64,000 nucleotides of DNA from Mycobacteriales bacterium (GTDB lineage: Bacteria; Actinomycetota; Actinomycetes; BP-191): positions 9-64,008 of the forward strand of contig DATLOQ010000119.1 of assembly GCA_035536235.1 (NCBI GenBank). The letters run 5' to 3'. Below the pieces are notes generated by a model. It was not told the DNA's origin, did no database searches, and saw only the letters and a program-made list of their open reading frames with translations. Shown piece after piece: positions 50,754-58,460 of this stretch; position 1 is the stretch's first letter, and each line of letters opens with the position of its first letter. The position numbers and the translations under genes are program-made.

Positions 50754-51779
50754 TCAGGCCGGGCCCCGTCGTCGTACCAGGGGCTCGATGTCGTTTACCA
50801 CATCCTGCACCGGCTCGCCGTGGACCGCGCGGCGGAGGTTGGCGGTGACCTGGCTCAGGATCCGAAGTCGGCTCTGCACGGTCCCCCCGGCGATGTGCGG
50901 CGAGAGGAAGACCTTCTCGTGCGAGCGGATCGGGTCGTCGACAGCAGGCGGCTCGACGTCGTACACGTCGAGAGCCGCGGCGGCGAGGTGCCCGTCGTCG
51001 AGCAGGCGGAGCAGCGCTGCCTCGTCCACGAGGCCACCCCGGGCCGCGTTGACCAGGACGGCTCCCCGAGGGAGCAGCGCGAGGCGCTCGGCGCCGAGGA
51101 GGCCGACCGTCTCCGGGGCACGGGCGACCACCACGACGAGGACGTCACTGGACCGCACCAGGTCGTCGAGGTCACGGTAGGTCGCTCCCGCCGTCTCGCC
51201 ATCGGGGCGACGGCGCCGCGACCAGTAGCTCACCGGGCAGTCCATCGCCGCGAAGCGCTTCGCGCAGGCCAGCCCGATCGCCCCGAAGCCGATGATGCCG
51301 ACCCGCTTGCCGGCCAGGTCGACACACCCGCGCTCGACCATCTCGAGCTGGGGCCAGCCGCCGGCGCGCACCTGCCCATCAGCCCAGACCGCGCTGCGCA
51401 GCGCACCGAGCGCGCCCAGCAGGCACCACTCCGCCACGGCGACGGCGTTGGCGCCGGCGACGTTCGCCACCGGGATGCCGGCGGCGGCGCACGCCTCCAG
51501 ATCGATGTGCTCGACGCCGACCGAGCTCTGCTGGATGAAGGCGATCCGCTGACCAGCCGCTAGCACGGACGCGTCGATGCGCATCGTCCCGGTGAAGTCG
51601 CCGAGCACCAGGTCGGCATCAGCGACTGCGGCCCGTACGCCGTCGGGCGTCCGCGGCTCGGCCACGACGATCTCCACGGGCAGGTCGGGCACGAACCCGC
51701 GCACCGCCGCCTCGGGCAGCGGTGTCAGCGACGCCATCCGCCACGGTCGATCCCCCGGCCCGTACGTCGCCTCCGCCAT
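50754..51779 (-). CDS. D-isomer-specific 2-hydroxyacid dehydrogenase family, NAD-binding
   Basis: GKRVGIIGFGAIGLACAKRF Rossmann motif. LVNAARGGLVDE and SPHIAGGT blocks. Start taken at ATG 51779 (MAEATYGPG). The ORF-track start 51806 is a TTG inside repeat copy B. Confidence 0.8.
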   Translation of the reverse strand: MAEATYGPGDRPWRMASLTPLPEAAVRGFVPDLPVEIVVAEPRTPDGVRAAVADADLVLGDFTGTMRIDASVLAAGQRIAFIQQSSVGVEHIDLEACAAAGIPVANVAGANAVAVAEWCLLGALGALRSAVWADGQVRAGGWPQLEMVERGCVDLAGKRVGIIGFGAIGLACAKRFAAMDCPVSYWSRRRRPDGETAGATYRDLDDLVRSSDVLVVVVARAPETVGLLGAERLALLPRGAVLVNAARGGLVDEAALLRLLDDGHLAAAALDVYDVEPPAVDDPIRSHEKVFLSPHIAGGTVQSRLRILSQVTANLRRAVHGEPVQDVVNDIEPLVRRRGPA

Positions 51780-51803
51780 CCCCTGATGCTCCCACCCCCG
51801 CGA

Positions 51804-51870
51804 CAATTGCCCGGTTAACCGGCCGAGTGGACCCCCTGACAGCGCCGATCAGGTCCAATTGCCCGGTCAA
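51804..51870 (-). repeat. Copy B of the composite intergenic element, inverted relative to copy A
   Basis: CAATTGCCCGGTTAA (51804..51818) and CAATTGCCCGGTCAA (51856..51870), again 52 bp apart, around the hairpin GGACCCCCTGA...TCAGGTCC. See copy A for the alignment. Confidence 0.75.
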
Positions 51871-51957
51871 GGTCGGCGCGGGGAAGCTGAGCAGCCGTCC
51901 ACCCGGCGAGCGGAAGCGCACCGTGAACACAGTCTCAGGGTTCACTAGAGGCTGATC

Positions 51958-51986
51958 TTGTCACTCGAGCAACACCGTTCTACCGT
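51958..51986 (+). promoter_or_regulatory. Candidate sigma-A promoter of the LysM-transglycosylase gene
   Basis: TTGTCA (51958..51963), exactly 17 nt of spacer, then TACCGT (51981..51986). About 85 nt upstream of ATG 52071. Confidence 0.45.
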
Positions 51987-52070
51987 GCCCGGACGCGGTT
52001 GGGGAAGGCCGCACGCCCTGCCCGCGCACGGCCCGCCGTACGGCGATCGTGCCCTGCATGTGAGGCCTTG

Positions 52071-52979
52071 ATGACCCGCTTCGCCTTCCCCACCCAGCTG
52101 CCGCGCTCCCTCGCGTTGCTCTCGGCGACGGTCGCGCTCGGCGTCGTGGCCACTGCGGCGGCACCGGGCGTCATCCGCATCCAGCGGGGGGACACGCTCT
52201 CCGCGCTCGCCCGCAAGCACGGCACCTCGGTGGCGGCCCTGCGCGAGCTGAACAAGCTCGGCGGCAACAACCTCATCATCGCGGGACGGACCCTGCGCAT
52301 CGCCAGGGTGCCTGTCGTCCGCGCGACGAAGCCAGCGGCGACCCGAGCGCGCTGGGTCGAGGTCGTCCACACCGTCGTCCGCGGTGACACGCTGAGCGGC
52401 GTCGCTCAGCGCTACGGCCAGACCCCGGCCGGGATCGCGCGGCGCAACAGCCTGCCGCGAAGCAAGGTCATCCGGCTCGGCCAGCGGCTCGTGGTCGGCT
52501 CCCGCCGCGTCGCGCCGCCCGCGAGGGCCATCAACGCTCGCAAAGCGTCCGCCGTACGGCGAGGGGTGCCGCCCGCGATCCCGAGGGATCGGGTCCGCTC
52601 CCTCGTCCTCGCACAGGCGCGCAAGCACAAGGTCGACCCCCACCTTGCCCTCGCGCTGGCCTGGCAGGAATCCGGGCTGCAGCAAGACGTCGTGTCCAGT
52701 GTCGGCGCGCTCGGGGTGATGCAGGTGATGCCGACGACCGGCGAGTGGGTGAGCCGCTATTTGGCGAAGCGCCCGCTGGACCTCTACGACGTCGAGGACA
52801 ACGTCGAGGCGGGCGTCCGCTACCTCGCTCAGCTCCTGAAGGTCGCCAAGACGAAGGACCTGGCTCTCGCCGGCTACTACCAGGGGCTGCACTCGGTGGC
52901 CAAGCGCGGCATGTACGACGACACGAAGCGCTACGTCACGAACATCACCGCCATCCGGCGCCGCCTCGCCAAGAGGTAG
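52071..52979 (+). CDS. Secreted 2x LysM plus lytic transglycosylase (SLT) domain protein
   Basis: ORF trimmed to ATG 52071 (signal peptide). LysM repeats IQRGDTLSALARKHGTSVAALRELN and VVRGDTLSGVAQRYGQTPAGIARRN. SLT block AWQESGLQQDVVSSVGALGVMQVMP. Confidence 0.8.
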   Translation: MTRFAFPTQLPRSLALLSATVALGVVATAAAPGVIRIQRGDTLSALARKHGTSVAALRELNKLGGNNLIIAGRTLRIARVPVVRATKPAATRARWVEVVHTVVRGDTLSGVAQRYGQTPAGIARRNSLPRSKVIRLGQRLVVGSRRVAPPARAINARKASAVRRGVPPAIPRDRVRSLVLAQARKHKVDPHLALALAWQESGLQQDVVSSVGALGVMQVMPTTGEWVSRYLAKRPLDLYDVEDNVEAGVRYLAQLLKVAKTKDLALAGYYQGLHSVAKRGMYDDTKRYVTNITAIRRRLAKR

Positions 52980-53004
52980 CGGATCCAGACGTAGACTGGC
53001 CTCC

Positions 53005-54876
53005 GTGGATACGACGACTGCTGACCCGCTCGTAGGGCAGCTGATCGACGGCCGATACCGCGTCGACGCCCGGGTGGCTCGGGGCGGGATGGCCACGGTC
53101 TACCGGGCGTTCGACACCCGACTGGACCGCATCGTGGCCCTCAAGGTGATGCACGACTCGCTGGCGCAGGACGACGCCTTCGTCGAGCGGTTCAAGCGGG
53201 AAGCCAAGAGCGCCGCCCGACTCCAGCACCCCAATGTCGTCGCGATCTTCGACCAGGGCGAGGACGCCGGTCGGGTCTACCTCGTCATGGAGCTGGTGAG
53301 CGGCCGCACCCTGCGCTCGGTGCTGCGGGAGCAGGGGCGCCTCGACGTCGGCCAGGCGCTCGGCGTCGCGGAGGGCCTGCTCACTGCTTTGGCGGCCGCC
53401 CACGACGCCGGCATCGTCCATCGCGACGTCAAGCCCGAGAACGTCCTCGTCACCGAGTCCGGCCAGGTCAAGGTGGCCGACTTCGGGCTGGCCCGGGCCA
53501 TCGAGTCCACCCACCACACCGTCGCGGACGGCACCCTCATCGGCACGGTGGCCTACCTCGCGCCGGAGCAGGTGCTCACCGGCGCTGCTGACGCGCGCAC
53601 CGACATCTACTCGGCCGGGATCGTCCTCTACGAGATGCTGACCGGCGCTGTGCCCTTCACGGGCGACATCCCGATCAACGTCGCCTACCAGCACGTCAAC
53701 GACGACGTGCCCCCGCCCTCGGCGACCGAGCGCACCCTGCCGGCAATGATCGACGCACTCGTCGTCGACGCGACCCGCCGACCCCCCGAGCAGCGCTACC
53801 CGGACGTGCAGACGATGCTGGCCGCCGTACGGCGGGCCAACGCGATGGCGGGCGCCGACACCAGCCACTACACGTCGGTGGTCTCGCTGGCCGACGCGCC
53901 GACGACGGTGCTGTCGCTGGGTCGCGCGCCCGCCGGGGCCCCGCCCCGCGACGCTGGCTCCCCGGCTCCGAAGGTGCGCCGGCGTCGACGTGCTCCCCTG
54001 GTGCTCGCGATCCTCGCCGGTCTCATCCTGGGCACCGCAGGCGCGGTGGGGTGGTGGTTCGGCTCCGGCCGCTACGAGGACGCGCCGACGTTCGAGCGGC
54101 TGACCCAGGAGGCCGCGCAGGCCCGGGCGGCCGAGCTCGACGTGGACATCGAGATCAAAGAGCCGTCGCCCTTCGACGAGGTGGTGCCCCGCGGCACGGT
54201 CATCGACCAGGACCCGGAGCCGGGTGCGCGCTTCCGGCGCGGCACTGCGATCACCCTGACGATCTCGCGCGGGCCCGACCGCGTCGCGATCCCTGACGTC
54301 CGGGGCAAGACCGAAGCGCAGGCGCGCGCCCTCCTCGTCGCGCAGCGCCTCGACGTCGTTCTCGCACCGCTGGAGTTCCACCGCGAGGTCCCGGCGGGCA
54401 CCGTCATCGACCAGAACCCGGGTCCTAGGGCAATCAAGGACGTCAAGCCCAGCACTGCCGTCACCCTCATCGTGAGCAAGGGACCCGAGCCGGCCACCGT
54501 CCCGGCGGTGGAAGGCCGCACGCGCGCTGACGCGGAGAAGCTGCTGTCCGAGGCCGGTCTGGTGGCCAAGGTGGTCGAGACGTTCGACGACAAGGTCCCG
54601 GCCGGCATCGTGATCCGCCAGGACCGTGCAGGCGGCTCGACCGCCGCTCGGGGGGACACGGTGACCCTCACCGTGTCCAAGGGGCCCGAGCTGGTGACTG
54701 TGCCCGACGTCGAGGGCCGTCGGCGCGAGGAGGCGCAGACGCTGCTGCAGGCCGCGGGCTTCCGCGTGCGGTTCGTCGAGTTCCCCGGTCGGCGCGGCAA
54801 GACCGTGATCGATCAGAACCCCGCCGGTGGCGAGCGGCGCCGGCGCGGCACCGTCGTGACCTGCTTCCTGTTCTGA
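53005..54876 (+). CDS. Ser/Thr protein kinase with a TM helix and four PASTA-like extracellular repeats
   Basis: 623 aa. HRDVKPENVLV, DFGLAR, YLAPEQ. TM helix PLVLAILAGLILGTAGAVGWWF. Four repeats of the type VPDV.G......A...L...G. TAGACT lies 7 nt before GTG 53005. Confidence 0.85.
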   Translation: MDTTTADPLVGQLIDGRYRVDARVARGGMATVYRAFDTRLDRIVALKVMHDSLAQDDAFVERFKREAKSAARLQHPNVVAIFDQGEDAGRVYLVMELVSGRTLRSVLREQGRLDVGQALGVAEGLLTALAAAHDAGIVHRDVKPENVLVTESGQVKVADFGLARAIESTHHTVADGTLIGTVAYLAPEQVLTGAADARTDIYSAGIVLYEMLTGAVPFTGDIPINVAYQHVNDDVPPPSATERTLPAMIDALVVDATRRPPEQRYPDVQTMLAAVRRANAMAGADTSHYTSVVSLADAPTTVLSLGRAPAGAPPRDAGSPAPKVRRRRRAPLVLAILAGLILGTAGAVGWWFGSGRYEDAPTFERLTQEAAQARAAELDVDIEIKEPSPFDEVVPRGTVIDQDPEPGARFRRGTAITLTISRGPDRVAIPDVRGKTEAQARALLVAQRLDVVLAPLEFHREVPAGTVIDQNPGPRAIKDVKPSTAVTLIVSKGPEPATVPAVEGRTRADAEKLLSEAGLVAKVVETFDDKVPAGIVIRQDRAGGSTAARGDTVTLTVSKGPELVTVPDVEGRRREEAQTLLQAAGFRVRFVEFPGRRGKTVIDQNPAGGERRRRGTVVTCFLF

Positions 54877-54904
54877 CCAGTCGACGACTCTGCCACCCCG
54901 CCTG

Positions 54905-55780
54905 ATGGCTCCTCGCAAGACCTCGCTGATCGGCGTGCACGTCCCGGTGGCCGGCGGCCTGGCCCGCAGCGGTCTGAGCTACGCCCGCGAGGTAGGCGCC
55001 GAAGCGGTGCAGGTCTTCGTCTCCAACCCCCGGGGGTGGGCGCAGTCCGGTGGTGACGCAGCTCAGGATGCAGCGTTCGTCGCCGGCTGTCGGTCCGCCG
55101 CACTGCCGGTCTTCGTCCACGCGCCGTACCTCGTCAACCTCGGCTCGCCGACGCCGGCCACGGTGGTGAAGTCGGTCGACGCGCTGCGGCATTCGGTCCG
55201 CCGTGGTCGCGTGCTGGGCGCCCGGGGGGTCGTGGTGCACGCCGGTTCCGAAGTTCTGGGCCACTCTTACGACGCGGCGATCCGGCAGGTCCGCGAGCAC
55301 CTGCTCCCCCTGCTCGACGAGCTCGACGACGACGACCCCGATGTGCTGATCGAGATGACCGCCGGTGCCGCGGGTTCGCTCGCCGCAAGCCCGGAGCGCC
55401 TCGGCGCCTACCTCGACGCGCTGGACCGGCACCCTCGGGTCGGCGTCTGCGTCGACACCTGCCACGCCATGGCCGCGGGCCACGACCTCGCTGCGCCTGG
55501 TGGCCTCCGGCGGTTCCTCGCCGCGATACACCGGATCGTCGGCCGCGGGCGGATCCGGCTGGTGCACGCCAACGACTCCAAGGACCCGGTCGGCTCCGCC
55601 CGCGACCGCCACGAGCGGATCGGGGCGGGCTCGATCGGCAGCGAGGCGTTCCGGGAGCTCTTCGTCCACCCGGCCACGCGTGGCGTGGCGCTGGTGATGG
55701 AGACCCCGGGCAGCGTCGACGAGCACCGCACCGACGTCGATTTGCTCAAGCGGTTTCGACACGAGGCGCTCGCCCGATGA
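54905..55780 (+). CDS. nfo: Deoxyribonuclease IV (endonuclease IV, AP endonuclease family 2)
   Basis: 291 aa. VHAPYLVNLGSP, VVVHAGS, CVDTCHAMAAGHD, LVHANDSKDPVGSARDRHE. Confidence 0.85.
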   Translation: MAPRKTSLIGVHVPVAGGLARSGLSYAREVGAEAVQVFVSNPRGWAQSGGDAAQDAAFVAGCRSAALPVFVHAPYLVNLGSPTPATVVKSVDALRHSVRRGRVLGARGVVVHAGSEVLGHSYDAAIRQVREHLLPLLDELDDDDPDVLIEMTAGAAGSLAASPERLGAYLDALDRHPRVGVCVDTCHAMAAGHDLAAPGGLRRFLAAIHRIVGRGRIRLVHANDSKDPVGSARDRHERIGAGSIGSEAFRELFVHPATRGVALVMETPGSVDEHRTDVDLLKRFRHEALAR

Positions 55781-56676
55781 GCAAGGTCCAACGACGCAGC
55801 CCGTCCACCGGCGCGGTGATTGCTGCCCTTGTCGCGGTCACCGCCATCTGGGGTTCGACGTTCGTAGTCGTGAAGGACGCGATCGGGCGCATGCCGGTCA
55901 TGGACTTCCTGGCCTGGCGATTCGCGCTGGCCACCCTGGCCATGCTCATCCTTCGCCCGCGCTCACTCTCGCGGCTGTCCCCCACCGGGCGTCGGCACGG
56001 AGTGCTGCTCGGCCTGGCACTGGGCACCGGCTACATCTTCCAGACCATCGGCCTGCGTACGGCGGACGCCGCGGTGTCCGGCTTCATCACCGGGATGTTC
56101 GTGGTCTTCACGCCACTCGTCGCTGCCGTGCTGCTACGCCGCTGGCCCAGCAGGGACGCCTGGGCCGCAGTGCTGTTGGCCACCGTCGGCCTGGCGCTGC
56201 TCTCGCTCCAGGGCTTCCACATCGGCACCGGTGAGGCGTTGACCTTGATCTGCGCCGTAGCCTTCGCGCTGCACATCGTCGGGCTCGGCGAGTGGTCGTC
56301 GTCGTACGACGCCTACGCCTTGGCGGTGGTGCAGCTCGGAGTCGTCGCCATCGGCTGCGCGATCGGTGCGCTGGCGGGTGGGCTGGTGGCGCCGCCCGAT
56401 GCGGAGGTCTGGGGTGCGCTCGCTCTCACCGCACTGCTCGCCACCGCAGTGGCCTTCGTCGTGCAGACCTGGGCCCAAGCGCACCTCGCCCCCACCCGGG
56501 CCGCGGTCATCATGACGATGGAGCCGGTCTTCGCCGGGGTGTTTGCCGCCGCTGCCGGCGAAGCCTTCGGCGTGCGAAAGCTGGTCGGCTCCGCGCTCAT
56601 CCTGCTCGCCATGCTCGCCGTCGAGCTGGGCCCGCGCCGCGGCGCCGAAGGCGATGTCGCCCGCCTCGAGACCTGA
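55777..56676 (+). CDS. EamA/DMT-family permease
   Basis: 299 aa. TAIWGSTFVVVKDA, about 10 TM helices. The start overlaps the nfo stop as ATGA. Confidence 0.7.
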   Translation: MSKVQRRSPSTGAVIAALVAVTAIWGSTFVVVKDAIGRMPVMDFLAWRFALATLAMLILRPRSLSRLSPTGRRHGVLLGLALGTGYIFQTIGLRTADAAVSGFITGMFVVFTPLVAAVLLRRWPSRDAWAAVLLATVGLALLSLQGFHIGTGEALTLICAVAFALHIVGLGEWSSSYDAYALAVVQLGVVAIGCAIGALAGGLVAPPDAEVWGALALTALLATAVAFVVQTWAQAHLAPTRAAVIMTMEPVFAGVFAAAAGEAFGVRKLVGSALILLAMLAVELGPRRGAEGDVARLET

Positions 56677-56701
56677 GCGCGCTGCTACTCCAGAGCTCTG
56701 C

Positions 56702-57316
56702 CTACTCAGGGCCTTCCCCGGGAAGCTCCTGATAGGAGTAACGGTGCTCCAGCCAGGGATCGGCGACGTTGTGGTAGCCGCGCTCCTCCCAGAAGCCGCG
56801 TCGGTCGCGGGTCAGGTACTCCACGCCGCGCACCCACTTGGGCCCCTTCCAGGCGTAGAGGTGCGGCACGATCAACCGGAGCGGGTAGCCGTGCTCCACG
56901 CTGAGCGGCTCGCCGTTGCGGTGCGTCGCGAAGAGCGCCTGGGCGTCGGCGAAGTCGGCGAGCCTCATGTTGGCGCCGTACCCGTACTCCGCCCACACCA
57001 TGACGTGGGTCGCCCCCGGCGCCGGCGGCGCGAGGCGCAGCACTTCCGAGGTCGCGACCCCGGTCCAGTCGTTGTCGAGCACAGAGAACTTCGTCACGCA
57101 GTGGAAGTCGGCGTGCACATCAGTGCGGGGCAGTGCCCCGAAGTCTTCCCAGCCGAGCGACTTCTCCGCTGCCGTCGCGCCGAAGATCCTGAAGTCCCAC
57201 TTCTCCGGGTCGAACTTCGGCACCGGCCCGTAGTGCAGCACCGGCCACCCGCGCGGGATGTACTGGCCCGGCGGCAACCGCGTGTCTGCCACTGATCCCC
57301 GTCGTTCCGGTGTCAT
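56702..57316 (-). CDS. Sulfite-oxidase-like molybdopterin oxidoreductase (small soluble type)
   Basis: About 204 aa from ATG 57316. LPPGQYIPRGWPVLHYGPVP, DFHCVTKFSVLDNDWTGV, GYPLRLIVPHLYAWKGPKWV. Confidence 0.7.
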   Translation of the reverse strand: MTPERRGSVADTRLPPGQYIPRGWPVLHYGPVPKFDPEKWDFRIFGATAAEKSLGWEDFGALPRTDVHADFHCVTKFSVLDNDWTGVATSEVLRLAPPAPGATHVMVWAEYGYGANMRLADFADAQALFATHRNGEPLSVEHGYPLRLIVPHLYAWKGPKWVRGVEYLTRDRRGFWEERGYHNVADPWLEHRYSYQELPGEGPE

Positions 57317-57339
57317 CACTCGCGTCGCTCCGGTGTCAT
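57316..57339 (-). other. 7-codon upstream ORF (MTPERRE) created by a 17-bp duplication of the start region of the downstream gene
   Basis: Minus strand: ATGACACCGGAGCGACGCGAGTGATGACACCGGAACGACGG. The uORF stop TGA overlaps the main ATG. CGCTCCGGTGTCATCAA (57326..57342) versus CGTTCCGGTGTCATCAC (57303..57319). Confidence 0.35.
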
Positions 57340-57397
57340 CAACCGCCTGCTCGAGTAGCCCTGCGCTCTGATCCTCGCACTAGTGGAGAATCGGCCC

Positions 57398-58456
57398 ATG
57401 GTTGTCGTCATGAGCACCGATGCGTCGAGCGCTGACATCGACGCCGTCGTCGCGGTGGTTCAGGCCGCGGGCGGTGACGCCTTCGTATCCCGAGGGGTGT
57501 CCCGCACGATCGTCGGCCTCGTCGGCGACATCGAGCACTTCTCGAGCCTCAACCTCGCCGCTCTGCCCAACGTCGTCGACGTCCTGCGCATCTCCCGGCC
57601 CTACAAGCTCGTCTCGCGGGAGAGCCACGCCGAACCGTCCACGGTCGTCGTCGGAGGCGTGCCGATCGGTCCGCAGCACTTCACCCTGATCGCCGGTCCC
57701 TGCGCAGTGGAGACAGCTGAGCAGACACTCGAAGCAGCGCAGATGGCGAAGCGGGCGGGGGCGCAGCTGCTGCGCGGTGGGGCCTTCAAGCCGCGCACAT
57801 CGCCGTACGCTTTCCAGGGCCTCGGGGAGGCCGGCCTGAAGATCCTCGCGGACGTGCGAGCCGAGACCGGGATGCCGGTGGTCACCGAGGTCGTCGACGC
57901 CGCCGACGTGCCGCTCGTCGCGTCCTACGCCGACATGCTCCAGGTCGGCACTCGCAACATGGCTAACTTCTCCCTCCTGCAAGCCGTCGGCGAGTGCGGC
58001 AAGCCAGTGCTGCTCAAACGCGGGCTCCAGGCGACACTGGAGGAGTGGTTGATGGCCGGCGAGTACATCGCCCAGCGCGGAAACCTCTCGATCGTCTTCT
58101 GTGAGCGCGGGATCCGGACGTTCGAGACCGCCACCCGCAATACCCTGGACATCTCGGCGGTGCCGATGCTGCACATGCTGAGCCACCTGCCGGTCATCGT
58201 CGACCCGTCTCACGCCGCTGGTCGGCGCGACCTGGTCGTGCCGCTCGCCCGGGCGGCCATGGCAGCCGGCGCGGACGGGGTGATCGTCGACTGCCACCCG
58301 CACCCCGAGGCGGCACTGTGCGACGGACCGCAGGCCCTGGTGGCCAGCGACCTCGCCGAGCTCGCCGAGGCAGCCCGCACCATTCCACCGCTCGTCGGTC
58401 GCACGTCAGCGAGCGGTGGGCGATTCGAGGGTGGCGACACCGAGCTCCGGTCGTAG
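57398..58456 (+). CDS. 3-deoxy-7-phosphoheptulonate (DAHP) synthase, type I-beta, with an N-terminal regulatory (ferredoxin/ACT-like) domain
   Basis: ATG 57398 lies 8 nt after GGAGA. IAGPCAVET, LLRGGAFKPRTSPYAFQGLG, LQVGTRNMANF, CERGIRTFE, IVDPSHAAGRRD. Confidence 0.8.
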   Translation: MVVVMSTDASSADIDAVVAVVQAAGGDAFVSRGVSRTIVGLVGDIEHFSSLNLAALPNVVDVLRISRPYKLVSRESHAEPSTVVVGGVPIGPQHFTLIAGPCAVETAEQTLEAAQMAKRAGAQLLRGGAFKPRTSPYAFQGLGEAGLKILADVRAETGMPVVTEVVDAADVPLVASYADMLQVGTRNMANFSLLQAVGECGKPVLLKRGLQATLEEWLMAGEYIAQRGNLSIVFCERGIRTFETATRNTLDISAVPMLHMLSHLPVIVDPSHAAGRRDLVVPLARAAMAAGADGVIVDCHPHPEAALCDGPQALVASDLAELAEAARTIPPLVGRTSASGGRFEGGDTELRS

Positions 58457-58460
58457 GACG

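Noticed and set aside
51993-52070. ydaO-type or other riboswitch in the predicted 5' UTR of the LysM-transglycosylase gene
   Set aside because: No conserved riboswitch blocks were recognised. There are only small generic GC hairpins.
52945-54918. 657-aa minus-strand ORF opposite the Ser/Thr kinase
   Set aside because: It is antisense to a gene with unmistakable kinase and PASTA motifs and has low-complexity RGDH-rich sequence. The same reasoning applies to 1170..2957, 14557..16062, 33324..35456, 35138..37231, 39405..41165 and 16987..18264.
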